A stretch of DNA of 64,000 nucleotides from a virus. The notes below the pieces were generated by a model. The model worked only from the letters and a program-made list of their open reading frames with translations. It had not been told where the DNA came from and did not search any database. The stretch covers positions 59,305 through 123,304 of IMG/VR virus record IMGVR_UViG_3300043774_000656; one strand, 5' to 3'. This document shows positions 47,543 to 57,494 of this stretch, one piece after another; the first letter of the stretch is position 1; every line of letters begins with the position of its first letter. The translations under genes and the position numbers were made by a program.

Positions 47543-47756
47543 GACCATTGAGTTTGGAAGCTACATCTATGAGGTAACAGATGACCTGTCTCAAATAAAG
47601 CCAGGTGATCTTTGCCTCTTAGATGGTTGTGCCTTTAGTGCAGGCGACATGAAAATTCTAAATGAATCAATTAGACCTACAGGCCTCTTAAAGGTTTTAA
47701 AGTTTTATGATAAACCTCACCGTAGATTATATTACAGTAGTGAGGTGATTGTGTGA
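47535..47756 (+). CDS. hypothetical protein
   Basis: 73-aa ORF. Confidence 0.55.
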   Translation: MTKTIEFGSYIYEVTDDLSQIKPGDLCLLDGCAFSAGDMKILNESIRPTGLLKVLKFYDKPHRRLYYSSEVIV

Positions 47757-47814
47757 TGTTTTCACGGTCTGTAAAGTTAGATATATAGACCTAACAAAAA
47801 ACAATCAACAATCA

Positions 47815-48372
47815 ATGAAAAAACTAATCCTTCTTTTGCTAGCAATCATCCCAATGGTTGCTCTTTCGCAGTCTACCTTAAACCCAGACACTGTTTGCTA
47901 TCAATCTACAGGTTCTGTTTATCAAGTCGTCAATGAAGCAGGTAATACTTATACCTGGACAGTAGTTGCACCAGGTGTCATCACATCAGGTCAAGGAACC
48001 AATACAATTACCGTTGACTGGTCAGGTGCTGCACCAGGTCTAATAGGTAATGGTGTTTCTGTTTTTCCAACTAACCAATTTGGCTGTGTAGGACCAACTG
48101 TTACCCTTAACGTCTTTATTTACAATGAAACACCTGTTGTCACCCCGATGACTTTCTGTTTCGATGAACCTTGTGCAGATCTTATAGGAACACCATTTGG
48201 TGGTACTTGGTCTGGACCTGGTGTAGTTGGCTCACAGTTTTGTCCAAGTGTTGCCGGCGTTGGTGACCATGTTGTAACTTACACTTATACAGTAGGTGAT
48301 TGTGTATTCACTGCTACTGGCATAATGACTGTTAATCCTATTCCAACTATCTCTCCAATTAGTCACGACTAA
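47815..48372 (+). CDS. secreted PKD/Ig-like protein
   Basis: Start re-assigned to ATG 47815 (MKKLILLLLAII..); YTWTV..GQGTNTITVDW, GGTWSGPGV; ends PTISPISHD. Confidence 0.82.
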   Translation: MKKLILLLLAIIPMVALSQSTLNPDTVCYQSTGSVYQVVNEAGNTYTWTVVAPGVITSGQGTNTITVDWSGAAPGLIGNGVSVFPTNQFGCVGPTVTLNVFIYNETPVVTPMTFCFDEPCADLIGTPFGGTWSGPGVVGSQFCPSVAGVGDHVVTYTYTVGDCVFTATGIMTVNPIPTISPISHD

Positions 48373-48938
48373 TGAAGAGACTGCTTTCTGCAGTTCTGCT
48401 TTTGTTTAGTACATCCCTATTTGCACAACAACAGACAGTGGAACTGTGTGAAGATTACAGGAACACTTTTACATATTATTCGTCTTCAAATGTGGTTGGT
48501 ACCTGGTTCTGGACAGTCGGACCAGATACCTTATCACATTCTAGAACTGTTACTATAACCTGGGACACACCTGGCACATATGAAATAGTAGCAAATTTTG
48601 AAAGCGGTTGTCCTGTTAATCCTAGAACCTATTGGGTACATGTAATTGAATGTGCCGAATCTGCGATTTATTTTCCAAATGCCTTTACGCCAAATGAAGA
48701 TGGCATAAATGATAGATGGGGACCTAGCGGAGTAGGTATAGCCGAGATCAGATGGAAGATATTTGATAGATGGGGACTTGAAATATATGATTCTGGGTCA
48801 ATGACTGACTGGTGGAACGGCTCTTTTAGAAGAGGTGAGTATTACGTCCAAAACGATGTATACATATACAAAGCGGACTGGGTAGGAATAGACGGATCAT
48901 CTGGTACCAAAGTCGGCCATGTAGTACTAATAAGATAA
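48372..48938 (+). CDS. secreted Ig-like protein with T9SS type-B (gliding-motility-associated) C-terminal domain
   Basis: Signal peptide; IYFPNAFTPNEDGINDRW..IFDRWG..WNG..GHVVLIR. Confidence 0.9.
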   Translation: MKRLLSAVLLLFSTSLFAQQQTVELCEDYRNTFTYYSSSNVVGTWFWTVGPDTLSHSRTVTITWDTPGTYEIVANFESGCPVNPRTYWVHVIECAESAIYFPNAFTPNEDGINDRWGPSGVGIAEIRWKIFDRWGLEIYDSGSMTDWWNGSFRRGEYYVQNDVYIYKADWVGIDGSSGTKVGHVVLIR

Positions 48939-48948
48939 CAATAAAACC

Positions 48949-50097
48949 ATGAAACACTTAACCCTAATAGTGTTTTTCATATTAACCAGTCTTTTTTCAT
49001 TCTCACAATGTGATAATGCTGACTTTGAACTTGGTAATTTTACAGGATGGGTTGGTAGAACAGGGACTTGTTGCCCTATAAATTTTACAAACACTGGAAT
49101 AGTCGCAAGTCAGCATACAATAACATCAGGCACCGGAACAGACCCTAGAACCTGTAATCAGGTTCCGGTTGTTTCACCACAAGGTGGAAACTTTTCTGCA
49201 AGACTTGGAAATCCACAAAGAGGTGCAAGAGCAGCAGGTGTTACTTATACATATACTGTAACCGCAAACTCATCTCTTTTTACTTATCAATACGCTGTTG
49301 TATTTGAGGACCCTGGGCATTTTGATGACGAACAACCTAGATTTGAAACTCAGGTAATAGCAGGTGGTCAACCGATACCATGTACTCAATATATGGTTAC
49401 TGCTTCTTCAAATTTACCAGGCTTTCAAAGTTGCCCAGGTATTGATGCACAAGGTAATCCTATCAGCATTTTATACAGAAACTGGTCTACAGTAGGTGTA
49501 GATCTTAGTGCCTACATAGGACAGTCTGTTACTCTTGAATTTAGAGCAGGTGACTGTGATCTAGGAGGGCACTATGGTTATGCATACATTGATGCAATAG
49601 GTTGTCAGCCAATGGAACTTGAGGTCTTGTACTGCGTAGGTGACACTGCTGCAGTGTTGACAGCACCTCCAGGTTTTTCATCATATCAATGGAGTACCGG
49701 CGAGACAACACAGTCAATAACAGTAGATCCATTGGACTATAATCAAATCACATGTACTCTAACCTCCTTTTCAGGTTGTGTTGCAGTACTATCAACTGCA
49801 ATTAACCCTGCAGACCCTCAGGTCAACTTTAGTGCTCAAAATTCATGTTTCTGCGTTGATCCAATTATAGAATTTGCAAATACATCAACATCTGTACATA
49901 GCCCTATTATAAGTTGGCTTTGGGATTTTGGCGATGGAACTACATCAACACTTCAGAATCCATCTCATGTCTATAGTTCACCTGGAACCTATAATGTAAA
50001 ATTGACAGCTGTCACGGAACTTGGATGCTGGGATGAAATTACTTATCCAGTAACCCTGTACCCGTGTCCTACCATTTCTCTTATTAGTCATAACTAA
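48949..50097 (+). CDS. secreted PKD-domain protein
   Basis: Signal peptide; NADFELG; WLWDFGDGTTSTLQNPSHVYSSPGTYNV; ends PTISLISHN. Confidence 0.88.
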   Translation: MKHLTLIVFFILTSLFSFSQCDNADFELGNFTGWVGRTGTCCPINFTNTGIVASQHTITSGTGTDPRTCNQVPVVSPQGGNFSARLGNPQRGARAAGVTYTYTVTANSSLFTYQYAVVFEDPGHFDDEQPRFETQVIAGGQPIPCTQYMVTASSNLPGFQSCPGIDAQGNPISILYRNWSTVGVDLSAYIGQSVTLEFRAGDCDLGGHYGYAYIDAIGCQPMELEVLYCVGDTAAVLTAPPGFSSYQWSTGETTQSITVDPLDYNQITCTLTSFSGCVAVLSTAINPADPQVNFSAQNSCFCVDPIIEFANTSTSVHSPIISWLWDFGDGTTSTLQNPSHVYSSPGTYNVKLTAVTELGCWDEITYPVTLYPCPTISLISHN

Positions 50098-50162
50098 GAA
50101 TACTGAAGAACACTATTATTTTAGAAAAGTTATGTGTATATTCACACTATAACAATAACACT

Positions 50163-50633
50163 ATGGCTAAAAAGAAAATCGAAAAAACAAATCTCACAGA
50201 ATGGGAATGGACACTTGTCTGGTCTAGTATGCGATATTTTATGGGACGTCAAACAATTGCCTCAGCAACTTGGCCAAGCGATTTCATTAAAAATTATGAC
50301 AAGTATCTAACACAGACCCAACGTGATACGATACACAAAGAACTTACTCGCTATTTTGAAGAGTACAAGCAGTTTGGCAACCCCATGATAGACTCAGACC
50401 ATTGGGAGCGCCTGATGTGCTACATGGATAAAAATAACAGGTATCTTGTTGAAAGTAAGCGCACTGCAGATGGTGAAAAGATAGTAGAAATGAATATCTG
50501 CTTTAAGTATAAAGATGCATATTGCCCTATTGAAAAATACGCAGAACAACCCTATCATAGTTGGTATATCAACCCTGAGTATATTAGTTACGTAAGAGAA
50601 ATTATTTCAGATGAACAACTTTACAAAAATTAA
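50163..50633 (+). CDS. hypothetical protein
   Basis: Promoter copy 50137; RYFMGRQT. Confidence 0.7.
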   Translation: MAKKKIEKTNLTEWEWTLVWSSMRYFMGRQTIASATWPSDFIKNYDKYLTQTQRDTIHKELTRYFEEYKQFGNPMIDSDHWERLMCYMDKNNRYLVESKRTADGEKIVEMNICFKYKDAYCPIEKYAEQPYHSWYINPEYISYVREIISDEQLYKN

Positions 50634-51222
50634 AGAGCTGTTAAAATTTGACGATCCGGATAAATTCTATTTTATCCAGATTCTCAAGCGCAGAAAGGAC
50701 AACCCAACAATGGGCAAAGACATGTGCAACATAGATAACTTCTGTGTTTATAGCTTGCAGGATTTTGAAAGATACGAGAGCCGCATTATAGAAATTTGTG
50801 AACGTAACAATGCCAGGGCTTATATTAGGCTGAATAGGCGAAGTGATAAGAAGATAGCACTCCAAATGCTTGCCCGTATGGCCCAGATGATTGCATCTGA
50901 ACAATACAACATACGTAAACTGTATTATAGCATTACAGGTGAGTTCCATTCAGAAGAGGATAAAACTTGGATCATCGACATTGACATGAAGCCATTTGAT
51001 GATTTTGATAGAATAGAAAAACTGATCAATGGGTTGCAGCCAACTGGAGACAAGTTAATAGCCATTATTCCTACTGTAAATGGCTTTCACATGATTACCA
51101 GACCATTTAACCTGTCTGAATTTAGAAAGTACATGGAGTTACAGGGAGACACCACTGATATCCATAAAGATAATCCTACACTTCTGTATTTCCAAGAAAC
51201 AAAAGAGAATGCTTTAATATAA
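50611..51222 (+). CDS. hypothetical phage protein
   Basis: FYFIQILKRRKDN, WIIDID, PTVNGFH, HKDNPT. Confidence 0.75.
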   Translation: MNNFTKIKELLKFDDPDKFYFIQILKRRKDNPTMGKDMCNIDNFCVYSLQDFERYESRIIEICERNNARAYIRLNRRSDKKIALQMLARMAQMIASEQYNIRKLYYSITGEFHSEEDKTWIIDIDMKPFDDFDRIEKLINGLQPTGDKLIAIIPTVNGFHMITRPFNLSEFRKYMELQGDTTDIHKDNPTLLYFQETKENALI

Positions 51223-51230
51223 ACTAAACT

Positions 51231-51566
51231 ATGGCTAAGAAAAAGAATAAAATAGAAAGACCGGAAATTCCAGTTAAGCTAACTGAAACCTTTAAATTGA
51301 CAAGACACGACGGTCTTGTTAGAACCGGCTACACCATACAATGGATTGAATGGAAAAAAGACGGTAGCTTCAAGAAGAGCTTTGATAAACCAGCAGTAGG
51401 TTTAAGTTGCATTCTTGATGGTCACATAATGACGTATACATGGTTGACCACGGCAGTAAAGGAGTTTGGTGAAAATGAGGATGGTAGCATCTGGTTCAAT
51501 ACTGAGAATAGCAAGTACGTTTTAACAAAGGAAACAACATTAACTATAGACAGTCTTTTACCATGA
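51231..51566 (+). CDS. hypothetical protein
   Basis: WLTT..FNTENSKY. Confidence 0.7.
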   Translation: MAKKKNKIERPEIPVKLTETFKLTRHDGLVRTGYTIQWIEWKKDGSFKKSFDKPAVGLSCILDGHIMTYTWLTTAVKEFGENEDGSIWFNTENSKYVLTKETTLTIDSLLP

Positions 51567-51808
51567 AAAAACTAATCTATATCTTAATCGCCATTTTGGC
51601 CTTTTCTTGTACCTCTGGTAAATACAAAGATGAGACAGTCAAATGTGCAGTAACTGAAGTTGAGTATATTCAGCCAGGTAAAATCAGCACATTGCAAATT
51701 GACCCAATGTGGAAGATCAAAACAGAATGTAACATTGAGCTGAAGACAAGAAGAGAAATGAAAGTAGGTGACACAATTGTTATTGTAAAATTAAAACCAT
51801 TCCAATGA
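51563..51808 (+). CDS. small lipoprotein
   Basis: Lipobox LAFS-C. Confidence 0.7.
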   Translation: MKKLIYILIAILAFSCTSGKYKDETVKCAVTEVEYIQPGKISTLQIDPMWKIKTECNIELKTRREMKVGDTIVIVKLKPFQ

Positions 51809-51950
51809 TAGGATATATTTTATTCATAATACTGTTCTGGTCAGCCTTGATCTTATCTGAGCTTTTTGCAAACAGATTTCCGGAAACCAGATACTCAAAA
51901 TTCTGGAGAAAACACATTTTAAGCAAAGATCATAACGAAGACGATGATAC

Positions 51951-52577
51951 ATGGGGGTCTACAATATGAAAAGATTTTTTAGAAAATTCAAAAACATCCA
52001 CTTTCTTATATTAACTGGGCTTATTTGCTTTTACAGTTTTTATGTACCTGTGGCCATATTTACAACGTATACAGATATAGTTCCTATCTGGACTATTCCG
52101 TTTTTTATCATAGGCTCTATGTTTCCTCTATGGTTTAATGAATTTATGTGGAGAACTTCAAAGTTTGGCTCAGATACTTATATTATGTTTCATGAAATTC
52201 ACTTTGAAGATCGTAAATGGAAGAAAAGAACTATGAACCCATTTGTGTTGTTCAAAACATTTGGTAAATGGTGTTTAAAGAGCAGCGAATTTATAATAAT
52301 GAGCATAGTTAACCTGGCTGCATTATTCTATGGTTTTGCGGATATTTTACATGAAGTTGTTTTCCCTTTTACCCCGTTTTATCTCATAAACGCATTATGG
52401 TGGATAAGCCTAATAAAAGTGTTTGCAGGTTTTAGAAATGCAGTTGAAGAAGGAGAGATAAGCTATGGTAGACGTGAACAGGGTGTTAAAACACATTTTT
52501 CTGATGAATGGCATTTGGAAATGAAAAGGATCAGAGAACGTGAAGAGGAATTAAGAAAAATGAAAAGAGACTTATAA
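51951..52577 (+). CDS. multi-pass membrane protein
   Basis: About four hydrophobic segments. Confidence 0.7.
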   Translation: MGVYNMKRFFRKFKNIHFLILTGLICFYSFYVPVAIFTTYTDIVPIWTIPFFIIGSMFPLWFNEFMWRTSKFGSDTYIMFHEIHFEDRKWKKRTMNPFVLFKTFGKWCLKSSEFIIMSIVNLAALFYGFADILHEVVFPFTPFYLINALWWISLIKVFAGFRNAVEEGEISYGRREQGVKTHFSDEWHLEMKRIREREEELRKMKRDL

Positions 52578-52619
52578 ATAAGTTTATAATAAATAAACAA
52601 AAACCAAACATAATTAAAA

Positions 52620-53417
52620 ATGAGAAAATTATTTTTATTTCTATGCCTGTTAGCTTTTAGTGTAGCTAGCATCGCACAAGCAGAAACCGCACAAGTAGAC
52701 ACTATCAAAATGCATGGCCTATTTTATAAGCCTGCCAAAAAAGAGACACCATTCAGTGTTGAATTTGGCTTGGCAACAACTAACCTTTGGAGAGGTGTTG
52801 ATGTAGGAAGACAGGTATGTGTAAAAATCGAAACAGAATATGAGCCAGTCGAATGGTTTACCCTTTCAAACGTGAGTACAGTTGTTTCAAATCAGTATAA
52901 AGTAGGTTATGGTAACATGTACAACACTAAAGCCAGTTTCAACTACTATAATGTAAAAGCAGGTTTACAAGATGTTTATTTCCATAATAATCTTGCCACA
53001 CCAAATGACACTAGTTTTTTCGATTTTAATAAAAATACAACTAATCACTTTGCTGAAGCCTTTTTTGAATATAAAGGAGACGAAACATCTAAAGTCGACT
53101 TTTTGACAACATATTGTTTTTATCAAAACGCTTCATATACTAAAGGATCTTGGTATGTAGAAGCCACTTATCGTGTAGCAGAAAACGCAAAATTATTCGC
53201 TGGCTATGTAGTAGGTCCATCTGGTGTTAGCTTCCAAAACAAAACTGGCTTCACTAATATAGGTATCAATGTCAAGCGTAGTCTACAATTTTCTAAAGAC
53301 TTCAATACCACAGCAAATCTTACAATTGCAGTTAACCCAAGCTACAGTACTATAAAAAATGATAACCCAACGGTTGCAACTAGACCAGTTAACGTAGTAT
53401 TAGCAGTAATATTCTAA
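52620..53417 (+). CDS. outer-membrane beta-barrel protein
   Basis: Signal peptide, alternating amphipathic strands, NLWRG, C-terminal Phe (VVLAVIF). Confidence 0.8.
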   Translation: MRKLFLFLCLLAFSVASIAQAETAQVDTIKMHGLFYKPAKKETPFSVEFGLATTNLWRGVDVGRQVCVKIETEYEPVEWFTLSNVSTVVSNQYKVGYGNMYNTKASFNYYNVKAGLQDVYFHNNLATPNDTSFFDFNKNTTNHFAEAFFEYKGDETSKVDFLTTYCFYQNASYTKGSWYVEATYRVAENAKLFAGYVVGPSGVSFQNKTGFTNIGINVKRSLQFSKDFNTTANLTIAVNPSYSTIKNDNPTVATRPVNVVLAVIF

Positions 53418-53418
53418 T

Positions 53419-55227
53419 ATGAAGAGAGTAATAGCCACATTATACTTAACGCTTATAAGTCTGATCGGTATATCGCAGTGTACTGGCGATATTTCTTATA
53501 CATTAAGCGTTCCACCTGGTCCGAATAACACATATCCGCCTGGATCGACTGTTGAACTTTGTATAACAATGGATGGTTGGAATGGAAATTCACAGGGATC
53601 GAATTGGTTCGAAGGTTTTTTCATAGCCCTAGGTGAAGGCTGGGAAACAGTTACTCCGACTCTATATCCTATCGACGCAGAAGGTGATGGTAGTGGTACA
53701 TGGATATGGGCTACAAGTACAGTTTCAGATAACGGCGCAACTGCTGGTAATGGATTTTATTTTGAAGGACCTACTGGACCTCTCGATGGAAACGGCGGCA
53801 ATGATTGGGGTGATTCATGCCCTAGTACTACATGTGTTTGGTCATGCTGCGTTGAACTAACTGCAGCAGCCGGACCTGCAGGTACAGATCTTCATATCGG
53901 TGTTATTCCCTATTCAGATGGAACAATGGGTAGTTGGGGTACTCAAATGTGTAACGAAACACAAACAGATTTCTTCACTGGATCTATTGGTTGTTTTATA
54001 CCGGGTTGTACAGACCCTCTAGCCTGTAATTTTAGCCAGACTGCAGATTGTGATGACGGTTCATGCACAATTCCCGGATGTACAGATCAAACCGCATGTA
54101 ATTATGATGCTACTGCAGGATGTAATGATTTAAGTTGTACATATCCGGGTTGTATAGACCCGATGGCATGTAACTTTGATTTACTAGCAGGTTGTGATAA
54201 TGGTAGTTGTGATTACTTCAGTATGGGTCCGATTACACCTAGTCTTGTATCATCCGACACCGTATGTACTGGCTTAGAGTTAGTTTATACAGTGACCGGC
54301 AACATAAACTCAATCTATAATTGGAATGTAACAGGAGGAGAGATTATCTTACCAGACCAATCAAAGAATTGCACAGTGCTCTGGGGAAATACACCTGGTA
54401 CATATACAATTACAGCCCAGGAAACAACAGCATCTGGATGCATTGGGCCTATTGAAATCTTTGATGTTGTAGTAGAAGATCCTGTAATAGTTTTTGATAC
54501 AATATACACTGTATGCCCAGGTGAATTAGTTCAATTATCTGCAAGCCCATCAGGAGGTACCTGGTCTGGTGAAAATGTACAGGCTGACATATTTAATTCA
54601 AATATCCCAGGGCTATATAGCCCAGAATATACAGTCACAGTATATGGATGTGAATTAACAGACTTTGCGACAGTTATATTAAGACAACCTTATCCTGCAC
54701 CTGGTCTGTTATATGATTTATTTGAACATGATCTATGCTATTCAGGTTTACAGCACATGTATTCGGTTGACGATAATTCAAATCTAAATTATCTCTGGAG
54801 TGTAGATGATGTATTACAACAAGAAAACAGCAATCAAATACAGGTTATTTGGTCTGATACTACTTTAACACATGAACTTTCAGTATGTGGGATAGATGAA
54901 TTTGGTTGTATCACAGACACGTCCTATATGACAGTGAAGACGACGGCCTGTAACAGGCTTTATATTCCAAACTCATTTACGCCTAATAATGATAAAGTCA
55001 ATGATGTATTTGGCGTATTTGGTTCAGGTGTCTATGAACAAAGGTTAAGAGTGTACAATAAATGGGGTTTTTGTGTGTTTGAATCAAATGGTAACAATGT
55101 GCATTGGACAGGAAGTGATGGTTCAGGCTATTACTGCCCAGATGGTGTTTATTACTGGACTTTAAATTATAGAAATGAACAAGGCTTTAATAAAAATGAA
55201 CAAGGCCATGTAACACTTATAAGATAA
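53419..55227 (+). CDS. secreted Cys-rich/Ig-like protein with T9SS type-B C-terminal domain
   Basis: Signal peptide; three PGC(T/I)DxxACN repeats; PKD-like segments; LYIPNSFTPNNDKVNDVF..VYNKWG..DGVYYW..GHVTLIR. Confidence 0.9.
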   Translation: MKRVIATLYLTLISLIGISQCTGDISYTLSVPPGPNNTYPPGSTVELCITMDGWNGNSQGSNWFEGFFIALGEGWETVTPTLYPIDAEGDGSGTWIWATSTVSDNGATAGNGFYFEGPTGPLDGNGGNDWGDSCPSTTCVWSCCVELTAAAGPAGTDLHIGVIPYSDGTMGSWGTQMCNETQTDFFTGSIGCFIPGCTDPLACNFSQTADCDDGSCTIPGCTDQTACNYDATAGCNDLSCTYPGCIDPMACNFDLLAGCDNGSCDYFSMGPITPSLVSSDTVCTGLELVYTVTGNINSIYNWNVTGGEIILPDQSKNCTVLWGNTPGTYTITAQETTASGCIGPIEIFDVVVEDPVIVFDTIYTVCPGELVQLSASPSGGTWSGENVQADIFNSNIPGLYSPEYTVTVYGCELTDFATVILRQPYPAPGLLYDLFEHDLCYSGLQHMYSVDDNSNLNYLWSVDDVLQQENSNQIQVIWSDTTLTHELSVCGIDEFGCITDTSYMTVKTTACNRLYIPNSFTPNNDKVNDVFGVFGSGVYEQRLRVYNKWGFCVFESNGNNVHWTGSDGSGYYCPDGVYYWTLNYRNEQGFNKNEQGHVTLIR

Positions 55228-55835
55228 TGAGCAACACTGAAAAATTTATACAATTCGTCAAAGGTGAATGTAAAAAGCACAAGGTTAAATTTAAACCTTA
55301 TAAAAGGCGTTACATTAAACTGTCTGATTCTATAAAATGCGGAGGATTCTTTGATGATGGAACCAGTGAACAATTTCCTAAACCTGTTCTGGCTTTTGCC
55401 GCAGGTCATAAAGACTATCTTGAACTTCTAGTCCATGAATATTGCCATATGACCCAATGGCTGGAAAATATCCCACTTTGGAGAAAAGCAAATGACTCAC
55501 TATTAGAAATAGATTTATGGCTAGACGGTGAAGATATTGAAAACATAGAAGAATGTATCAACGCTTCCCGTGATCTGGAACTTGATAATGAGAAAAGATC
55601 TGTTGAAATGATTAAGAGATGGGATTTGCCGATTGATACAACAGAGTATACAAAAAAGGCAAATGCATATGTTCTTTTCTATAATTACATGAAAACGTCT
55701 AGAAAATGGTCTTTACCCAGTAATTCACCATATACTAATAAAGAGGTCCTCTCTAATATGTCAGACAAATTTGACATGGATTATGAAAAACTGGATCTGG
55801 CAATTGAACAGGTTTACAAAGAACAGAATATCTAA
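55227..55835 (+). CDS. HExxH metallopeptidase-like protein
   Basis: LVHEYCH..ELDNE..ANAY. Confidence 0.75.
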   Translation: MSNTEKFIQFVKGECKKHKVKFKPYKRRYIKLSDSIKCGGFFDDGTSEQFPKPVLAFAAGHKDYLELLVHEYCHMTQWLENIPLWRKANDSLLEIDLWLDGEDIENIEECINASRDLELDNEKRSVEMIKRWDLPIDTTEYTKKANAYVLFYNYMKTSRKWSLPSNSPYTNKEVLSNMSDKFDMDYEKLDLAIEQVYKEQNI

Positions 55836-56031
55836 TGAGCTTCATGTTATTGATGATGATAGGAACCGTTTTAACAAGGGTCATACATCATATAAAACAT
55901 AAAACAAGACGTGTAACACTACAGGAGGAGCTTGTTGATTTTGCTGCTACCTATATAATTTATACAATTTTATTTTTGATAACATACTCAGCTTTGTGCT
56001 GGATTTTATAAACAGCTTAAATAAATATAAC

Positions 56032-56322
56032 ATGAAAACATCAACCAGACTTAATTCTTTAGTCAACATGATGACGACTATAGATGGCCTTGTTTTAAAC
56101 TCTAAAAACGATCAAGAACTTGGTCAAAAGGTTAGAGAAGTCTTTAACGGTAAAACAATAGCCCCGAAATGGTCAGTTGATGAGCATGCTGAAGATGGCC
56201 CAATTGCCATTGCTCTCTTTGAAAGCTTACCGCACGCTAAAATGTATCTAGATATGATTAGTGAAGTTGAAAAAGGTGAAAAAAAATTCGGCATAACAGA
56301 CCTTGGAAAAGCACCCTTCTGA
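56032..56322 (+). CDS. hypothetical protein
   Basis: Start ATG 56032; NDQELGQKVR. Confidence 0.65.
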   Translation: MKTSTRLNSLVNMMTTIDGLVLNSKNDQELGQKVREVFNGKTIAPKWSVDEHAEDGPIAIALFESLPHAKMYLDMISEVEKGEKKFGITDLGKAPF

Positions 56323-56554
56323 ATACCAGATTCTAGTCGATAAAAAGACTGGCATGTACATTACCTTTGTTTTTGAGAATAGCAAAGTCGAAATGTGCAA
56401 AACCGCATACCCTGAGCTATGGGGTAAATACGTATTTCCTGAAGACATCAAAAATTATATCAACAGAAAAGACCCAGTTAATGAAATAGACTGGGACAGC
56501 TTTTTTGAAAGCACTGAGTTGACCAAAGTTGATCTGTCTGTCTCTAAAAACTAA
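56303..56554 (+). CDS. hypothetical protein
   Basis: 83-aa ORF, start uncertain. Confidence 0.55.
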   Translation: MEKHPSEYQILVDKKTGMYITFVFENSKVEMCKTAYPELWGKYVFPEDIKNYINRKDPVNEIDWDSFFESTELTKVDLSVSKN

Positions 56555-56618
56555 GTTTTCTGCAAATTTCTTTTGTAACTCACTATCTTTTATTAGTTTT
56601 ACCCATATAAACTAAACT

Positions 56619-56852
56619 ATGATAGTAAAAGACAAACCAAAAACAGGCAAGATTGAAATTGATCTTTCCGGTCCACAGGGTAATGCATTTCACCTGCTGG
56701 CTACCGCAAAAAGCCTAGGCCGCCAACTTAAATTTTCAAAAGAGCAAATCAAGGAGATCGAGTCTGATATGATGTCAGGCGACTACAGTAATCTGATTGA
56801 CGTTTTTGACAACCATTTCGGCGACTACGTAATCCTGTACAAAACATTTTAA
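56619..56852 (+). CDS. small phage protein (GPQGNAF)
   Basis: IDLSGPQGNAF..MMSGDY..FDNHFG. Confidence 0.75.
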   Translation: MIVKDKPKTGKIEIDLSGPQGNAFHLLATAKSLGRQLKFSKEQIKEIESDMMSGDYSNLIDVFDNHFGDYVILYKTF

Positions 56853-56853
56853 T

Positions 56854-57114
56854 ATGGCAAAAGCAATACTTGAATTTGACCTCAACGATCCAGATGACCA
56901 AATGGCATTTAAAAGAGCCAGCAAGTCATTAGATATGGCAATTGTACTATTCGAAATTCAAAATAATTTCAGAAAGAGCTGTATGCGTGGATTAGAGGCC
57001 AAAGAAGAGTTTGGCCTTAAACTGGATGCATTTGATGGAGTGAATTTTGTACTTGAGGAATTATTTAAACTGTTGGATGAGCATAACATCGACACTGACG
57101 AAATCATAAACTAA
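56854..57114 (+). CDS. small phage protein (AILEFDL)
   Basis: 86-aa ORF coupled to mgsA. Confidence 0.7.
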   Translation: MAKAILEFDLNDPDDQMAFKRASKSLDMAIVLFEIQNNFRKSCMRGLEAKEEFGLKLDAFDGVNFVLEELFKLLDEHNIDTDEIIN

Positions 57115-57494
57115 TGGGTAAAATAACATATCTAGCCTGCATAGCACATGACGCTAAAAAACCAGAAATGGTACACTTGGCCATGCAGTACAAAGAAGTA
57201 TTTGAAAACTATAACATAGTTGCTACAGGTACTACAGGAAGACATATAAAACAGACGGGCGTTGAAGTACTGGAAATGAAAAGCGGACCACTTGGCGGTG
57301 ATGCTCAGATTGCCGCAATGGTTACCAATAATGAGATATTGGGTATCATATTTCTGGTAGACCCATTAGACGTACATCCCCATCAGGTTGACGTCAGTAT
57401 GTTGCTTAGAATTTGTAACGTACACAATGTACCCTTGGCCACAAATAAAGCCACTGCTGAAATTTTATTAAGAGAATTAAAAAACGTACTATAA
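57114..57494 (+). CDS. mgsA: methylglyoxal synthase
   Basis: IAHDAKK, ATGTTG, SGPLGGDAQI, DPLDVHPHQVDV, NVPLATN. Confidence 0.95.
   Translation: MGKITYLACIAHDAKKPEMVHLAMQYKEVFENYNIVATGTTGRHIKQTGVEVLEMKSGPLGGDAQIAAMVTNNEILGIIFLVDPLDVHPHQVDVSMLLRICNVHNVPLATNKATAEILLRELKNVL

Noticed and set aside
52620-53417. Calling the barrel PorP/SprF
   Set aside because: I cannot see the family's motifs; it needs an HMM or structure search
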